A stretch of 64,000 nt of DNA from Verrucomicrobiales bacterium (GCA_031411295.1 JANOAV010000060.1:1-64000), one strand, 5' to 3'; shown: positions 38,656 through 48,673, numbered from the stretch's first letter. The notes: generated from the sequence alone by a model not told the origin. Made by a program: numbers and translations.

Positions 38656-40704
38656 ATGGCTCGTGAATATACCCTCAAGAAATCAACCGCCCCGCCGCCG
38701 TCTCCCGCAGCGGGCGGAATCGATTTCGTGGCGGAGTTGAACAAGCAGCAGTTGGCAGTGGTGAAATCCCCACCGGGAGCATCCCTGGTCATTGCCGGGG
38801 CCGGGAGTGGCAAGACCCGGACGCTGACCTACCGCGTGGCCTACCTGCTGGAGAACGCCATCAACCCCAGCAATATTTTACTGCTAACCTTCACCAACAA
38901 AGCGGCCCGGGAAATGATGGAACGCGTGGAAACGTTACTGCCTGGCCGCTCCGGCGGCATGTGGGGCGGGACCTTCCACTCCATTTGCAATCGCATCCTG
39001 CGGCGGCATCCCACGCTCGTGGGCTTGAGTTCCGGCTTCACCATTCTGGATACTGAAGATCAGAAATCGCTCCTTTCCAAAGTGATCAAAGAGTCGGGCG
39101 TGGCCACTGAAGTGGAAAAGCAGACCGGCAAGAAATTCCCCAAGGCTCCCGTCATCCTCGGACTGATCAGTCTGGCGTCCAATACGCGAACTGAATTGAC
39201 TGAGGTGATCGAGGCGGAACACAGTTCAGAAGAGCACGTGGTGGCGGGCATTGAGAAGGTGGCTTCCCTCTATGTGAAGCGCAAGGAACAAGGGAACGCG
39301 GTCGATTTTGATGATCTCATGGTTTATGCCCTGCGGCTCTTCAATGACAACCCCAAGGTGCTCAAGGACTATCAGTATCAGTTCCAATTCATCCTCGTGG
39401 ACGAATACCAGGACACCAATGCCCTCCAGGGTGAATTGGTGAATTTGCTAGCTGGTCAACATGGCAACATCATGGCGGTGGGTGATGATGCGCAGTCGAT
39501 CTATTCCTGGCGGGGAGCCGACTTTCGCTACATCATCGATTTCCCCAAACGGTATCCCCACGCCAAGGTCTATCGGATCGAAACCAATTACCGCAGCGTG
39601 CCGGAAGTGCTGGAATTGGCTAACGAATCCATCAAGGGCAACGTCGATCAATTCGAAAAGAAACTCCAAGCCACGCGCGATTCCGCTGGCATGAGACCCG
39701 CCGTGGTCGGTGTGGGATCACCCGCAGAGCAAGCAATGTTCGTCGCCCAACGCATCGAGGAACTGGCCGCGGAAGGCATTCCTTATTCCGAAATGGCAGT
39801 GCTCTATCGGGCCCATTTCCAGAGTATGGAAGTGCAAATGCAGCTGACTTCCGATGCCATTCCCTACACGGTTACGAGCGGGTTAAAGTTCTTCGAGCAA
39901 GCCCACATCAAGGATTTTAGCGCCTTCCTCAAGTTTGCCGTGAACCCGTTGGATGAGTCCGCCTTCGATCGCTTGGTTAAATTAATCGACGGCATTGGAG
40001 ATGTCTCTGCGAGCAAAATTTTCCGTGAATGGCGCGCGCAGTTGCCACCGTTGGGGGAGCAGGCACCGCAGAATTTCTCCAGCATCCTGCTCGGCATCAA
40101 AGTCCCCACCAAAGCCGCCAAGGACTGGGAGCAACTAGCCTATACCTTGGACGAACTCGTGGACGGCAATGGGGGCTGGCAACCACCCGAAGCCATGATG
40201 AAATCCGTTTTCGCTGGGGTCTATGAAGACTACATGGTGGCTAATTTCGATAACGCGGAGCAACGGCAGCAGGACTTGGATCAATTCATGCGCTTCGGCG
40301 GACGCTTTGCCACGGTCCAGGAGATGCTCAGCGATCTCTCCCTACTCAGTGGCCCGGAAGCGGCGGACGCGAATCCGGCCAAGAAATCTGATGACGCCGT
40401 CACCCTTTCCTCCATCCATCAGGCCAAAGGCTTGGAGTGGAAAGTGGTCTTCGTCATCTGGCTCACCGCCGCCATGTTCCCCAACCCCCGGGCCGTGGAG
40501 GAAGGCGGCAAGGACGCATTGGAGGAGGAACGACGTTTGTTCTACGTGGCCGTGACCCGGGCCAGAGATCAGCTTTACCTAACTTATCCACGCATGTGGC
40601 AGAAAGCCTATGATGGTGAAGTCTGGCAAACGCCGTCCGTCTTCCTCGCAGAAATTCCACCCTCCACCTTCGAAGAGTGGAAAATAGGCGGCAGCAACTG
40701 GTGA
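38656..40704 (+). CDS. UvrD/PcrA/Rep family ATP-dependent DNA helicase
   Basis: 'AGAGSGKTRTL', 'TFTNKAAREM', 'GTFHS', 'VDEYQDTN', 'VGDDAQSIYSWRGA', 'NYRS', 'IHQAKGLEW', 'EERRLFYVAVTRA'. Confidence 0.96.
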   Translation: MAREYTLKKSTAPPPSPAAGGIDFVAELNKQQLAVVKSPPGASLVIAGAGSGKTRTLTYRVAYLLENAINPSNILLLTFTNKAAREMMERVETLLPGRSGGMWGGTFHSICNRILRRHPTLVGLSSGFTILDTEDQKSLLSKVIKESGVATEVEKQTGKKFPKAPVILGLISLASNTRTELTEVIEAEHSSEEHVVAGIEKVASLYVKRKEQGNAVDFDDLMVYALRLFNDNPKVLKDYQYQFQFILVDEYQDTNALQGELVNLLAGQHGNIMAVGDDAQSIYSWRGADFRYIIDFPKRYPHAKVYRIETNYRSVPEVLELANESIKGNVDQFEKKLQATRDSAGMRPAVVGVGSPAEQAMFVAQRIEELAAEGIPYSEMAVLYRAHFQSMEVQMQLTSDAIPYTVTSGLKFFEQAHIKDFSAFLKFAVNPLDESAFDRLVKLIDGIGDVSASKIFREWRAQLPPLGEQAPQNFSSILLGIKVPTKAAKDWEQLAYTLDELVDGNGGWQPPEAMMKSVFAGVYEDYMVANFDNAEQRQQDLDQFMRFGGRFATVQEMLSDLSLLSGPEAADANPAKKSDDAVTLSSIHQAKGLEWKVVFVIWLTAAMFPNPRAVEEGGKDALEEERRLFYVAVTRARDQLYLTYPRMWQKAYDGEVWQTPSVFLAEIPPSTFEEWKIGGSNW

Positions 40705-40726
40705 GGACCTAACAACTTTCGTCCCC

Positions 40727-41944
40727 CTACCTAACCTGCAGCGCCACTGGCACCACGACGTCCAGGGTGCGGGATCCCCGTTGGAAACGATACGCCAACT
40801 CGAACTTCCGCTGGAGCAACCCGTAATAGCGACCTTTGAGGACGCGAGGATCTTCCCCCTCCACGCTGATGCAGCGATCCCCCACCCTCACTCCGGCTTG
40901 GGCCCCCGGGCTGCCCGGCACAATATCCCGCACGTGCCAACTATCATCGAAACCGATCCCAGTCCCAATCCGCGAGGGCGATACCAACTGCTGCTGCTTC
41001 GTCCCCCATCCGAAAAATCGACTTTTCCCAAATGTAATTTGCGCGAGTTGGGCAGGTTGGTCGAGGGTCAGAATCGTATTCATCAGCACTTCTCCACCAA
41101 CCCGGTAATCCCCCGAAGTAACCTCGACAATGGGACTGGCCAAGGCCACCGAGCCTAACCAGACCTGACCATTCACCCGGGCCATGCCAGTGCGATACGT
41201 GGAACCAATACTGGTGCTCAATCCGCCGGGCCGGGCCGGAGCCTCGGTGGTTAGACCGAACTTGCTGGGATTTATTTCCAACCCCCCAGTCGATCCACTA
41301 TCCACATCAATGAACAGCTCCTTGGGGCCACCACGCAACGGCACCCGCGGCACCCCACTAGCCATTCGCATGGGCACCACCCCCAGTTCACCACTGCGGA
41401 TCGTCGAACCGGGATCTATCCGGAGCGCCTTACCCACGTAATCCAGGGAGATCGTTGCATCCCGGAAAATTCCAATCCCGATCACTCCAGCCATGTTCGT
41501 GAAATTCCCCCGAATCCTTGAAAAATCGTAAACAAAGGTGGGAACGTTTCTGAACTCCGCCTTCCCGATGGAAAGTTGCGGCAAGAGTGTCATCGGAATG
41601 GCCACATGATCCCCCGCTGCGCTTTTCACCATCGCCTTCTGTCTGCTGACTGGCAGATTCAATCCTGCGGCCATCTGTGGTGAAATCACGCAATCCGAAG
41701 CTCCCGTATCCAAGAGAAACTCATACCGCTGACCGGCAATTTCGACCTGGATAAATGGTAAATTCCCCTCCAGGCGCAGGGGCACACGCGAACCATTACC
41801 CGCTAGGTTGGGCAACGGCAAAGCCGAGCAACTAACTAGTCCCGCCAATCCCAGCCCGGCCAGCCAACGCAGCCCCCAGCCTGCCAACCGTGCGCACAGT
41901 TGGGATCGGAAAGGTGGAAAAGGAGGAAGCGAATGACTCATCAT
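40727..41944 (-). CDS. Aspartyl protease lipoprotein with two retropepsin-like lobes and a C-terminal PDZ domain
   Basis: Lipobox 'LVSC'. Catalytic motifs 'LLDTGAS' and 'VDSGS', plus 'GVIG'. PDZ 'VPGSPGAQAGVRVGD'. Confidence 0.85.
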   Translation of the reverse strand: MMSHSLPPFPPFRSQLCARLAGWGLRWLAGLGLAGLVSCSALPLPNLAGNGSRVPLRLEGNLPFIQVEIAGQRYEFLLDTGASDCVISPQMAAGLNLPVSRQKAMVKSAAGDHVAIPMTLLPQLSIGKAEFRNVPTFVYDFSRIRGNFTNMAGVIGIGIFRDATISLDYVGKALRIDPGSTIRSGELGVVPMRMASGVPRVPLRGGPKELFIDVDSGSTGGLEINPSKFGLTTEAPARPGGLSTSIGSTYRTGMARVNGQVWLGSVALASPIVEVTSGDYRVGGEVLMNTILTLDQPAQLAQITFGKSRFFGWGTKQQQLVSPSRIGTGIGFDDSWHVRDIVPGSPGAQAGVRVGDRCISVEGEDPRVLKGRYYGLLQRKFELAYRFQRGSRTLDVVVPVALQVR

Positions 41945-42050
41945 GGACCCACCTATGCCGCCAAATTCGTCAGCCGCAATTTCCTTTTCGCCACCGAGGG
42001 TAAAATTTGCTGTGCCACGAGCATCCGGGAGCGGTGAAACGTCGCCTCCA

Positions 42051-42818
42051 TTAATGATGACTAGCCGGGTTCAGTGCAGTCGCCTGCGTTCCCTTGGCTT
42101 TCGGAGCCATGATCTGTCGGATAAAGTCGGCAAAGCTCGCGCGGCACCGCTGGTGATAACTGTCGGATCCTACCCCAAGGCTGACGAACGCAGCACGGTG
42201 ATTTGTCCAGACCAGCATTTCTGCCAGACGGAAGAGCCACCTGAATTGCCAGATCCACAGCTTGATCGCCCAGGGACTCCACGTCTGGAAGCGTTCGTGG
42301 AAAAACTCCGCATGAAAACCAATATGCTTGATTTCATCCTTCACCAAGCGGGCACAACATTGTTGGATGGCGGGCTCCGGCACGTGCCGCGTGAGCAATC
42401 CATAGTAGGCCCGGGCGATCAATTCTGCGCTCAGAAGAATTTGGATTTCATATTCCAACCGCGGAATCAGTTTGCGAATGCGATTGAACGCCCATGCCGC
42501 CCAGTGTTTCGTCCGCAGCGTGCCGCCCAGATGCTGCACCATCCGCGCCAGCATTTCGGCATGGAAATTTTCCTCCTTAATGAAGAGTCGCACTGCCGCC
42601 GGATAACCGTGCAACGCAGCATCATGCGCGGATTCCCGCACCGCCCAGCGTTGCAGCGTCGAGCCATCGCCCGTTTCTCCCAGTTGGAAGATCGCCAGCG
42701 AGTGCGCCAGGGCACGCCTCGCAGGAGTGTCCTCCATGGCACAAGATTGATTCCAGTCTGGCTCGATAAAAGAACCAGTGTTTCTTTGATAGTAGTGAAT
42801 CCAAGCGTCGGTGTTCAT
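42051..42818 (-). CDS. Ferritin-like di-iron domain protein
   Basis: 'FQLGETGDG', 'EENFH', 'AELIARAYY', 'DEIKH' (paired ExxH motifs). Confidence 0.8.
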   Translation of the reverse strand: MNTDAWIHYYQRNTGSFIEPDWNQSCAMEDTPARRALAHSLAIFQLGETGDGSTLQRWAVRESAHDAALHGYPAAVRLFIKEENFHAEMLARMVQHLGGTLRTKHWAAWAFNRIRKLIPRLEYEIQILLSAELIARAYYGLLTRHVPEPAIQQCCARLVKDEIKHIGFHAEFFHERFQTWSPWAIKLWIWQFRWLFRLAEMLVWTNHRAAFVSLGVGSDSYHQRCRASFADFIRQIMAPKAKGTQATALNPASHH

Positions 42819-42824
42819 AATGTT

Positions 42825-42876
42825 ACTTTGTGAGACAAAGCAAATAACTCAGACGATTCACTTTGCAACACAAAGT
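42825..42876. promoter_or_regulatory. Tandem palindromic operator ACTTTG-N5-CAAAG
   Basis: actttg-tgaga-caaagc (42825-42841) and actttg-caaca-caaagt (42860-42876), directly upstream of the ferritin-like gene. Confidence 0.65.
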
Positions 42877-42977
42877 TTAGACTCCCGGTGAAAATTTGCT
42901 CTTTTTGCTCTGTGCCAATCGGATCACTGGCTATTTCTGCCATTGCTCAAAGTCAGGACTCGGCCTAGTAATTCCGC

Positions 42978-44759
42978 ATGAAGCACCTGAGATACATGCT
43001 GCGGTGGTGCCTGTTGCTGGAAAGTGCGGGTGCAGCCGTGGAACCAATGGCCACGGCGGGCTGGGAGGCGTTCGCGCCCCCGCCTGCGGAGATGGCATTG
43101 GCGGCGGCGGGGCAGCAGCACGCGCAGGCGCTGGCGTTGTTTTCACGTGGCTTGCGGCTGGAACGAGTGTTGCGGAAGGAGGATGCCTTGGCCGCCTACA
43201 AGGAGGCGATGGCCTTGGATGCTCACGATTTACGCCTGGCCTCACGGATGGCAAATCTCATGGCGGGGATGGGGAAATTCAACGATGCGCTGGCGGTGTT
43301 AGAGCAAACCAAAGCGTTGAATCCGGGGCAACCGCAAGCTTGGCTGGAGCTTTCGCGCTACTGTCTGCGGAATCATCACGGAGCCGCAGAAATTAAGACC
43401 CAGGCGCTGCAATACGCCAAGCAGGCGGTGAATGCTTTCCCGGATTGCGCAGCCGCTTATATCCAGCTCATCAACACTTACTTCGAGGCTCAGGAAATCT
43501 CCGGCGGGGATCCCCGCGCCAAGGCCCGTGAGGTCCTGGCCCGGGCGGCCACCGTCCCCTCGGAATCGGCGGTATATTGGCTCGCGCTGGTTCCCTCGGC
43601 ACGCGAGGCCTATCCGCTGGATGATGCGGACACGAAGGCCGCCAACCTTGAGGCCATTCTGGCATTCGTGGCCAAGGCCGAGCAGTTTGCGGGCAAGGAT
43701 CCGGTGTTGATCGAACGACTCGCCCTGTTCTACAATGACTATGCCACGCGCCTGAAATCCATGTCCTTGGCGAAACGAGCGCTGCCTTGGTTCGAAAAGC
43801 TCACCACCGCCGCACCGGAGAATTTACCTGCGCGCCGAGCCTACGCAGCGCTCTTACGACAAACCGGGGAAGGTCCCCGGGCGACGCAGCTTTTTCGTGA
43901 ACTCGTCACGATTGATCCGCAGGATCTCGCCTCCCGCCGTGCGCTGATCAAGGTAGCCGAGGAACAGCGGGACCCACTGGCGCTCATCACGCACCGCACG
44001 GAGATCCTGCGCTGGCAGGGCGGCACTCCAACAGAGTGGTTGGATCTCTCTGCGGCCATGATCAAAGCCCAGCAATTGGAATCCGCCATTAGCCTGCTCA
44101 AACGCGCCCGCCATGCGCACCCCACCGAAGCGCCTCTGGTGGCTCAATTGGCGCGGGTGCATCACTTGCGGAAGCAGGATTTCGAGGGATTTACCGCCTT
44201 CGAGGAGGCCTTGGCGTTGGCAGGGAAATACGCCGATGCCAAAGCCTATCCCAGCAACGACAAACTCCTGCGGGAAAGTGAATTTTATTTCCTGGGTGCC
44301 ACCTTGGCAGCACGCCAGCCTAACCAGACGGAGTTGGCAGCCCAGTGGTATCGCAAAACCCTGGAGGTAGCCCCGCCGGAAACGCCAGAACTCACCGCTC
44401 GTTGTTATCACGGCTTGGCCACTCTTTGGTTGGAACGAAATGAAAAGCTCGAGGAAGCAGGCGAACTCCTGCGCACCGCGGACTCACTGATGCCCGCTAC
44501 CCCAGCCTATCTCGACGGTCTGGGATGGTATTTCTACAAACAGCAGGATTACCCAGCCGCGCTCGATCAGCTAGAAAAAGCCGCCGCTTTGGCCAAGGGC
44601 AGTAATCCGCTCATCCTCAGCCACCTCTCCCAATGCCTCGCAGCACTTCATCGCCCGGAAGAGGCCCTGCAACAAGCTGAGCAAGCAGCCGCGCATCCGG
44701 AGGCCACCGCTGAGCTAAAACAACGGGCTGCGGAACTGCGCACCGCAGCCAAACCCTAA
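42978..44759 (+). CDS. Tetratricopeptide repeat protein
   Basis: Ala/Leu-rich helical repeats, e.g. 'AYLDGLGWYFYKQQDYPAALDQLEKA..PLILSHLSQCL'. Confidence 0.85.
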   Translation: MKHLRYMLRWCLLLESAGAAVEPMATAGWEAFAPPPAEMALAAAGQQHAQALALFSRGLRLERVLRKEDALAAYKEAMALDAHDLRLASRMANLMAGMGKFNDALAVLEQTKALNPGQPQAWLELSRYCLRNHHGAAEIKTQALQYAKQAVNAFPDCAAAYIQLINTYFEAQEISGGDPRAKAREVLARAATVPSESAVYWLALVPSAREAYPLDDADTKAANLEAILAFVAKAEQFAGKDPVLIERLALFYNDYATRLKSMSLAKRALPWFEKLTTAAPENLPARRAYAALLRQTGEGPRATQLFRELVTIDPQDLASRRALIKVAEEQRDPLALITHRTEILRWQGGTPTEWLDLSAAMIKAQQLESAISLLKRARHAHPTEAPLVAQLARVHHLRKQDFEGFTAFEEALALAGKYADAKAYPSNDKLLRESEFYFLGATLAARQPNQTELAAQWYRKTLEVAPPETPELTARCYHGLATLWLERNEKLEEAGELLRTADSLMPATPAYLDGLGWYFYKQQDYPAALDQLEKAAALAKGSNPLILSHLSQCLAALHRPEEALQQAEQAAAHPEATAELKQRAAELRTAAKP

Positions 44760-44801
44760 CACCCCACCCCTGCGGCGGCTTGCTCGGGTTGGGGCTCCTA
44801 G

Positions 44802-45773
44802 CTACGCCCGCAGATTCACCCAGCAATGGACATGGGGCGATCCCCGGAAATGCCAGACCATGCTGGGGCTTTCGAGTTGCCACACATCCCAGACTTGGTC
44901 ATTGCCGATGTCTCCCTTTTTGTAGAAGGCCATACGGAGTTTATCCAGGCCTTGCTGCTTGATGAGTTTCATCGCTTCGTCTGCATCCTTCTTGCGGAAC
45001 GGGGCCAGCAAGTCCGCGAGCACTTGTTCCACCAACCCCTGCTGATCTTTGGCTAGTTCGCCCACAGCAATGCCATCGATCGGAGCGCCTGCCTTACCCA
45101 GTTTCACGGTGTCCGTGCCATCCTCTTCCCTCCCCTCTTTGCACAGCGCCTTTTCCCGCTGTTTGCCGTCCAGCGCTTGATAGACCGCATTAGCCCGCTT
45201 GGCCTGATACCAGTAAGCATTGCCTTTGTGCTCGGCACTTTCCGTAAAGCCTTCCGCGGCATGGCCATAGAAAATGGGGCCACCAAACGCGACCCCTTCC
45301 ACGCTATCGCCATCGCAACGACGCGTGCAGTGACGTCCCGTGAGCACAAACTCAAATTTCCCCGTGCCCGGTTCGCCAAATATCGCCACTGCACAAGATG
45401 CTTCGAAGCCTTCCTTACCACTGTCGTGCACCACTTGGCTGTAAACTTTATCCGCATACTCCTCACTGTGGATCCCCAGGAAAATTTGTTTCACCAAATC
45501 CTGCTGATCTTTGGTCAACACGCTGGCAATGCTTTGTTTCACAATCATCCAATTGTTATCCACCTTGGATCGCAGCTCATGCTCAAACGGAAAACAAATG
45601 GTCTTCCGTTGTTCATCCGTTAATGATTTATACAACTGCGCGACCAATGTTTCCGCATCCGGCTGCTCCGCCGCAGCCATCCAGGAAGGCACCGCCACGC
45701 CCAACGGCAGGGCCATGGCCGAATTTTTAAGGAAAGCACGGCGGGACGTTGGCGGGAATAATGATGGATTCAT
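44802..45773 (-). CDS. DUF3500 domain protein with a Tat signal
   Basis: 'SRRAFLK' twin-arginine motif, 'LYKSLTDEQR', 'GRHCT', 'FGGPIFYG', C-terminal 'PHVHCW'. Confidence 0.82.
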   Translation of the reverse strand: MNPSLFPPTSRRAFLKNSAMALPLGVAVPSWMAAAEQPDAETLVAQLYKSLTDEQRKTICFPFEHELRSKVDNNWMIVKQSIASVLTKDQQDLVKQIFLGIHSEEYADKVYSQVVHDSGKEGFEASCAVAIFGEPGTGKFEFVLTGRHCTRRCDGDSVEGVAFGGPIFYGHAAEGFTESAEHKGNAYWYQAKRANAVYQALDGKQREKALCKEGREEDGTDTVKLGKAGAPIDGIAVGELAKDQQGLVEQVLADLLAPFRKKDADEAMKLIKQQGLDKLRMAFYKKGDIGNDQVWDVWQLESPSMVWHFRGSPHVHCWVNLRA

Positions 45774-45835
45774 AGTCAGTCAGCGTAGTGGACGATCCGA
45801 CTGATGGATATAACGAGTTCGCGGATGAGAGACCA

Positions 45836-45962
45836 CTCAGCACAGGCTCAGATCCTGCGACCACCACGCCAGCAGCATGGGCCAGCCGCCTCACCCAACA
45901 TTGTTGGCACCTGGCGCATTCCTGCTTGGCGCGATCCTCACAGGTTGCAAACCTGTGCTGAG
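45836..45962. repeat. Second REPIN-like inverted doublet (CTCAGCACAGG...CCTGTG palindromes)
   Basis: ctcagcacagg (45836-45846) and its reverse complement cctgtgctgag (45952-45962). The right copy contains the hairpin cacagg-ttgcaaa-cctgtg; the left copy is degenerate (cacagg-ctcagat-cctgcg). Confidence 0.55.
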
Positions 45963-46040
45963 CAGCCCAGCGGGCGGCTCCACGTTCGCTCAAAATTACC
46001 TGATTGCCTGTCGGGTTGAGGGCTCGATGCCCCTTCCGCT

Positions 46041-47135
46041 TTATTCCCCCATCTCCGGATCCGGCAGGCGGATCGTGAAGCTGGCATCCACCCCCAGAGT
46101 GCTTTGCACACTGATCGTGCCACCGTGAGCTTCCACCGCCCGACGCACAATGGAGAGGCCCAGACCGGTGCCTTTGACGGCGGAGGAATGATGCTTGGCG
46201 ACCCGATAGAACCTTTTGAAAACAAAGGGAATATCTTCCTGCGGGATGCCGACACCATTGTCACTAACACTCAAGATCACGGTGTCGCCTTCACGTCGGC
46301 TGGAAATTTCCACTTTGATGCCCGTTTCATTTTCCTTCAGGGCATTCTCGATCAGATTGAAGAGAATTTGATCCCAGTAAAAGCGATCCGCCGCAATGAA
46401 CTCTGCTTCGGGCGTAATGCCCACGAGGATGTCCGCCTGCTTGCTGTCGATCATTGGCTGGAGGCGCTCCAGCACATCTTGGGTGCACTCGCGCACGGAG
46501 AATCTCTGAGCGCGCAGATTCTCTGGAGCGCTGCCATCGGTGGCGGACTCAAATTTCGAAAGCGTCAGCATGTCCTCCACGATGCGGGCAATTCGCTCAC
46601 CGTGCTTCCGCATGGTGTGGAGGCAGCGTTTCATTTGTTCGGGGTCATCCACCAGGCCATCCTCCAAATTTTCCAGATAGCCATTAATGATGGAAAGCGG
46701 CGTGCGCAGTTCGTGAGAAGCGTTGGCCACGAAATCCTTCCTAACTTGCTCAGTCGCATGACGCTCGGTTTGATCCCTCATTAGCACGCGCAAATAGGGC
46801 GCGCCCACCTTCCGTAACTGAATCGAACTGACATTGACGGAAAGGTAGCGATCTTCCGTGCCGGCGGATGACTTGACTGCCACCAGAAACTCACGTTCCA
46901 TGGTCTGCCCGGTGGCTTGGGCCTTCTGCACCAGAGCGATGATCATCGGCTCGGGAATCACATCGACCAATCGCAGATGGCGCTGCTGCTGCGGCATGGT
47001 GAAAAATTCCTGCGCTAGGTGATTAGCATAGACGATCCGCAGGGCGTCATCCACCAAGAGGCAGGCGTCTCCCAACCCGTCCAGAATGGAAGCAATCACA
47101 CTGTTCACGGCACCAGAGCGTTGGAGAGTTGGCAC
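46041..47135 (-). CDS. phoR: Phosphate regulon sensor histidine kinase (PAS-HisKA-HATPase, no TM segment)
   Basis: 'RKDFVANASHELRTPL', 'NLIENALK', 'DNGVGIP..FKRFYRV..GTGLGLSIV'. Directly downstream of the phoB-like gene. Confidence 0.85.
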   Translation of the reverse strand: MPTLQRSGAVNSVIASILDGLGDACLLVDDALRIVYANHLAQEFFTMPQQQRHLRLVDVIPEPMIIALVQKAQATGQTMEREFLVAVKSSAGTEDRYLSVNVSSIQLRKVGAPYLRVLMRDQTERHATEQVRKDFVANASHELRTPLSIINGYLENLEDGLVDDPEQMKRCLHTMRKHGERIARIVEDMLTLSKFESATDGSAPENLRAQRFSVRECTQDVLERLQPMIDSKQADILVGITPEAEFIAADRFYWDQILFNLIENALKENETGIKVEISSRREGDTVILSVSDNGVGIPQEDIPFVFKRFYRVAKHHSSAVKGTGLGLSIVRRAVEAHGGTISVQSTLGVDASFTIRLPDPEMGE

Positions 47136-47141
47136 AGAAGC

Positions 47142-47822
47142 TTAGAGCGTGGGGTGAAATTGATAACCGACTCCCCGCAGCGTGCGCAGGCAGGCGGCAT
47201 GCGCCCCGAGTTTCTCGCGCAGACGCTTCACGTGCGTATCCAAGGTCCTGGTCATAGTATTGTCGGAGAAGCCCCAGACTTCACGCAGCAAGGCATCCCG
47301 TTCCAGCACCACGCCACCGGATTCGATAAAGACGCGGAGGAGTTTGAATTCGGTGGCAGTTAGATCCACCTGCCGTCCGCTGATAAAGGCTTTGAGGGAG
47401 TTGCGCTCAACATGGAAGTCGCCCACTTTGAGGCTGGCATCGACGGAAACGCGTTTGGTGCGACGTAGGAGGGCTTTCACACGCAACATGAGTTCCTTGG
47501 GACTGAACGGTTTGCCCATGTATTCGTCCACGCCCATCTCCAGCCCGGCAATGCGGTGGGCCACATCTGCTTTGGCGGTTAAGATCAGCACTGGGATCCC
47601 ACGCGTGCGGGCATCCTGTTTGAGTTCTTTAAAGACGGTGTAGCCATCCTTGCCTGGCAACATTAAATCCAGGATAATGAGGTCCGGAATATGAAGTTTT
47701 GCCTGCTCTAATCCCGTGTTCCCATCCGCCGCTTCCCAGACCTGGTAATCGTTGCGTTTCAGGTTGAGGCAGATGAGTTCGAGAATGTCCTTTTCGTCTT
47801 CGACGACTAGTATCGTGTGCAT
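47142..47822 (-). CDS. phoB: OmpR/PhoB family response regulator
   Basis: 'ILVVEDE', 'PDLIILDLMLP', 'KPFSPKEL', 'LTATEFKLL', 'RTLDTHVKRLREKLG', 'RGVGY'. A Pho box lies upstream. Confidence 0.88.
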   Translation of the reverse strand: MHTILVVEDEKDILELICLNLKRNDYQVWEAADGNTGLEQAKLHIPDLIILDLMLPGKDGYTVFKELKQDARTRGIPVLILTAKADVAHRIAGLEMGVDEYMGKPFSPKELMLRVKALLRRTKRVSVDASLKVGDFHVERNSLKAFISGRQVDLTATEFKLLRVFIESGGVVLERDALLREVWGFSDNTMTRTLDTHVKRLREKLGAHAACLRTLRGVGYQFHPTL

Positions 47823-47870
47823 ATTAAGGACACCTTAGGGACGCTATCTCAATGATTCAGGTTCTTTCGT

Positions 47871-47888
47871 GTGACAAGTTCGTGTCAA
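47871..47888 (-). promoter_or_regulatory. Pho box
   Basis: The minus strand reads TTGACAC-GAAC-TTGTCAC, a 7-4-7 direct repeat like the CTGTCAT-N4-CTGTCAC consensus, about 50 bp upstream of phoB. Confidence 0.75.
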
Positions 47889-47899
47889 TGGCGGCCCCA

Positions 47900-48607
47900 T
47901 TAAGGCTTGGTGGCCGGAGGCGACTGGGTGGCCTCGTGAGTCGTAGCCAACTGAGCCCTGAGAAACGCTTGGGAGCCGTAAAGGGCGCGGAATTGTTGAT
48001 CCGCTGTCGGTTGCTGCGCCTGCCAACGTTTGCGGTAGTTGGGATCTGCGGCAGCTTGATCCTCCCCGCCTACCTTCGTGATGAAGTCATCCGCGATCTC
48101 ATCAAGCGTTGCCAGTTGTTCGACATTGAGCCCGGCCACCTGAAGGTCTAGCTCTTGCAAGGCCAGAGGCCAACGGATGGCTGGAGTTGGACGCAGCGGG
48201 GGCTGGGCGGAGGCGAGGGTCATTCCATCGGTTCGCGCAGGAGCTTCGCGAGCAATCTCAGCGGATCCCTGAACGGACGGGGTGTCGTTTAAATCGGAAG
48301 TGCTGACTGATTCTGGGTCCAGCCGTTCTGGGGAATCCGTGCTTGGAACGGTGCGGGGACTTTGCGTCGGGGAAACAGGGGGCTGATTCACCAGAGCTAC
48401 CGCGGAATCGTCGGTGCTGGAAATTTTCGTCAGCTCAGTTGCCCACGGGCCAGCTTGGGGAATTGCGTGCTGCTCCTGCACCATGGGCAAGGCAGTAGGT
48501 TCACTGCTCGTGACCAGTGGAGCAGGTGCAGAGGAACCGGATCTCAAACCAAACCAAAGCAGCACGCCAAAGGCAGTGGAACCAGCGATGAACAGAGTGT
48601 GTTTCAT
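47900..48607 (-). CDS. Hypothetical membrane-anchored protein (N-terminal TM, Pro/Ser-rich linker, helical C-domain)
   Basis: 235-aa ORF in an operon-like position, with a hydrophobic N-terminus 'LFIAGSTAFGVLLWFGL'. Confidence 0.7.
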   Translation of the reverse strand: MKHTLFIAGSTAFGVLLWFGLRSGSSAPAPLVTSSEPTALPMVQEQHAIPQAGPWATELTKISSTDDSAVALVNQPPVSPTQSPRTVPSTDSPERLDPESVSTSDLNDTPSVQGSAEIAREAPARTDGMTLASAQPPLRPTPAIRWPLALQELDLQVAGLNVEQLATLDEIADDFITKVGGEDQAAADPNYRKRWQAQQPTADQQFRALYGSQAFLRAQLATTHEATQSPPATKP

Positions 48608-48641
48608 GGATGAGATCGAAACGTAAATGTTAAATGAAAAT

Positions 48642-48673
48642 GACTAGTGCGGGTGAGATCACCCGCACTAGTC
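48642..48673 (-). terminator. Intrinsic terminator (copy 1 of a duplicated hairpin)
   Basis: gactagtgcgggtg-agat-cacccgcactagtc, with a T-rich tail on the minus strand. Confidence 0.8.

Noticed and set aside
41943..42833. 296-aa plus-strand ORF
   Set aside because: It is antisense to the ferritin-like gene, which has clear ExxH motifs and an upstream operator.
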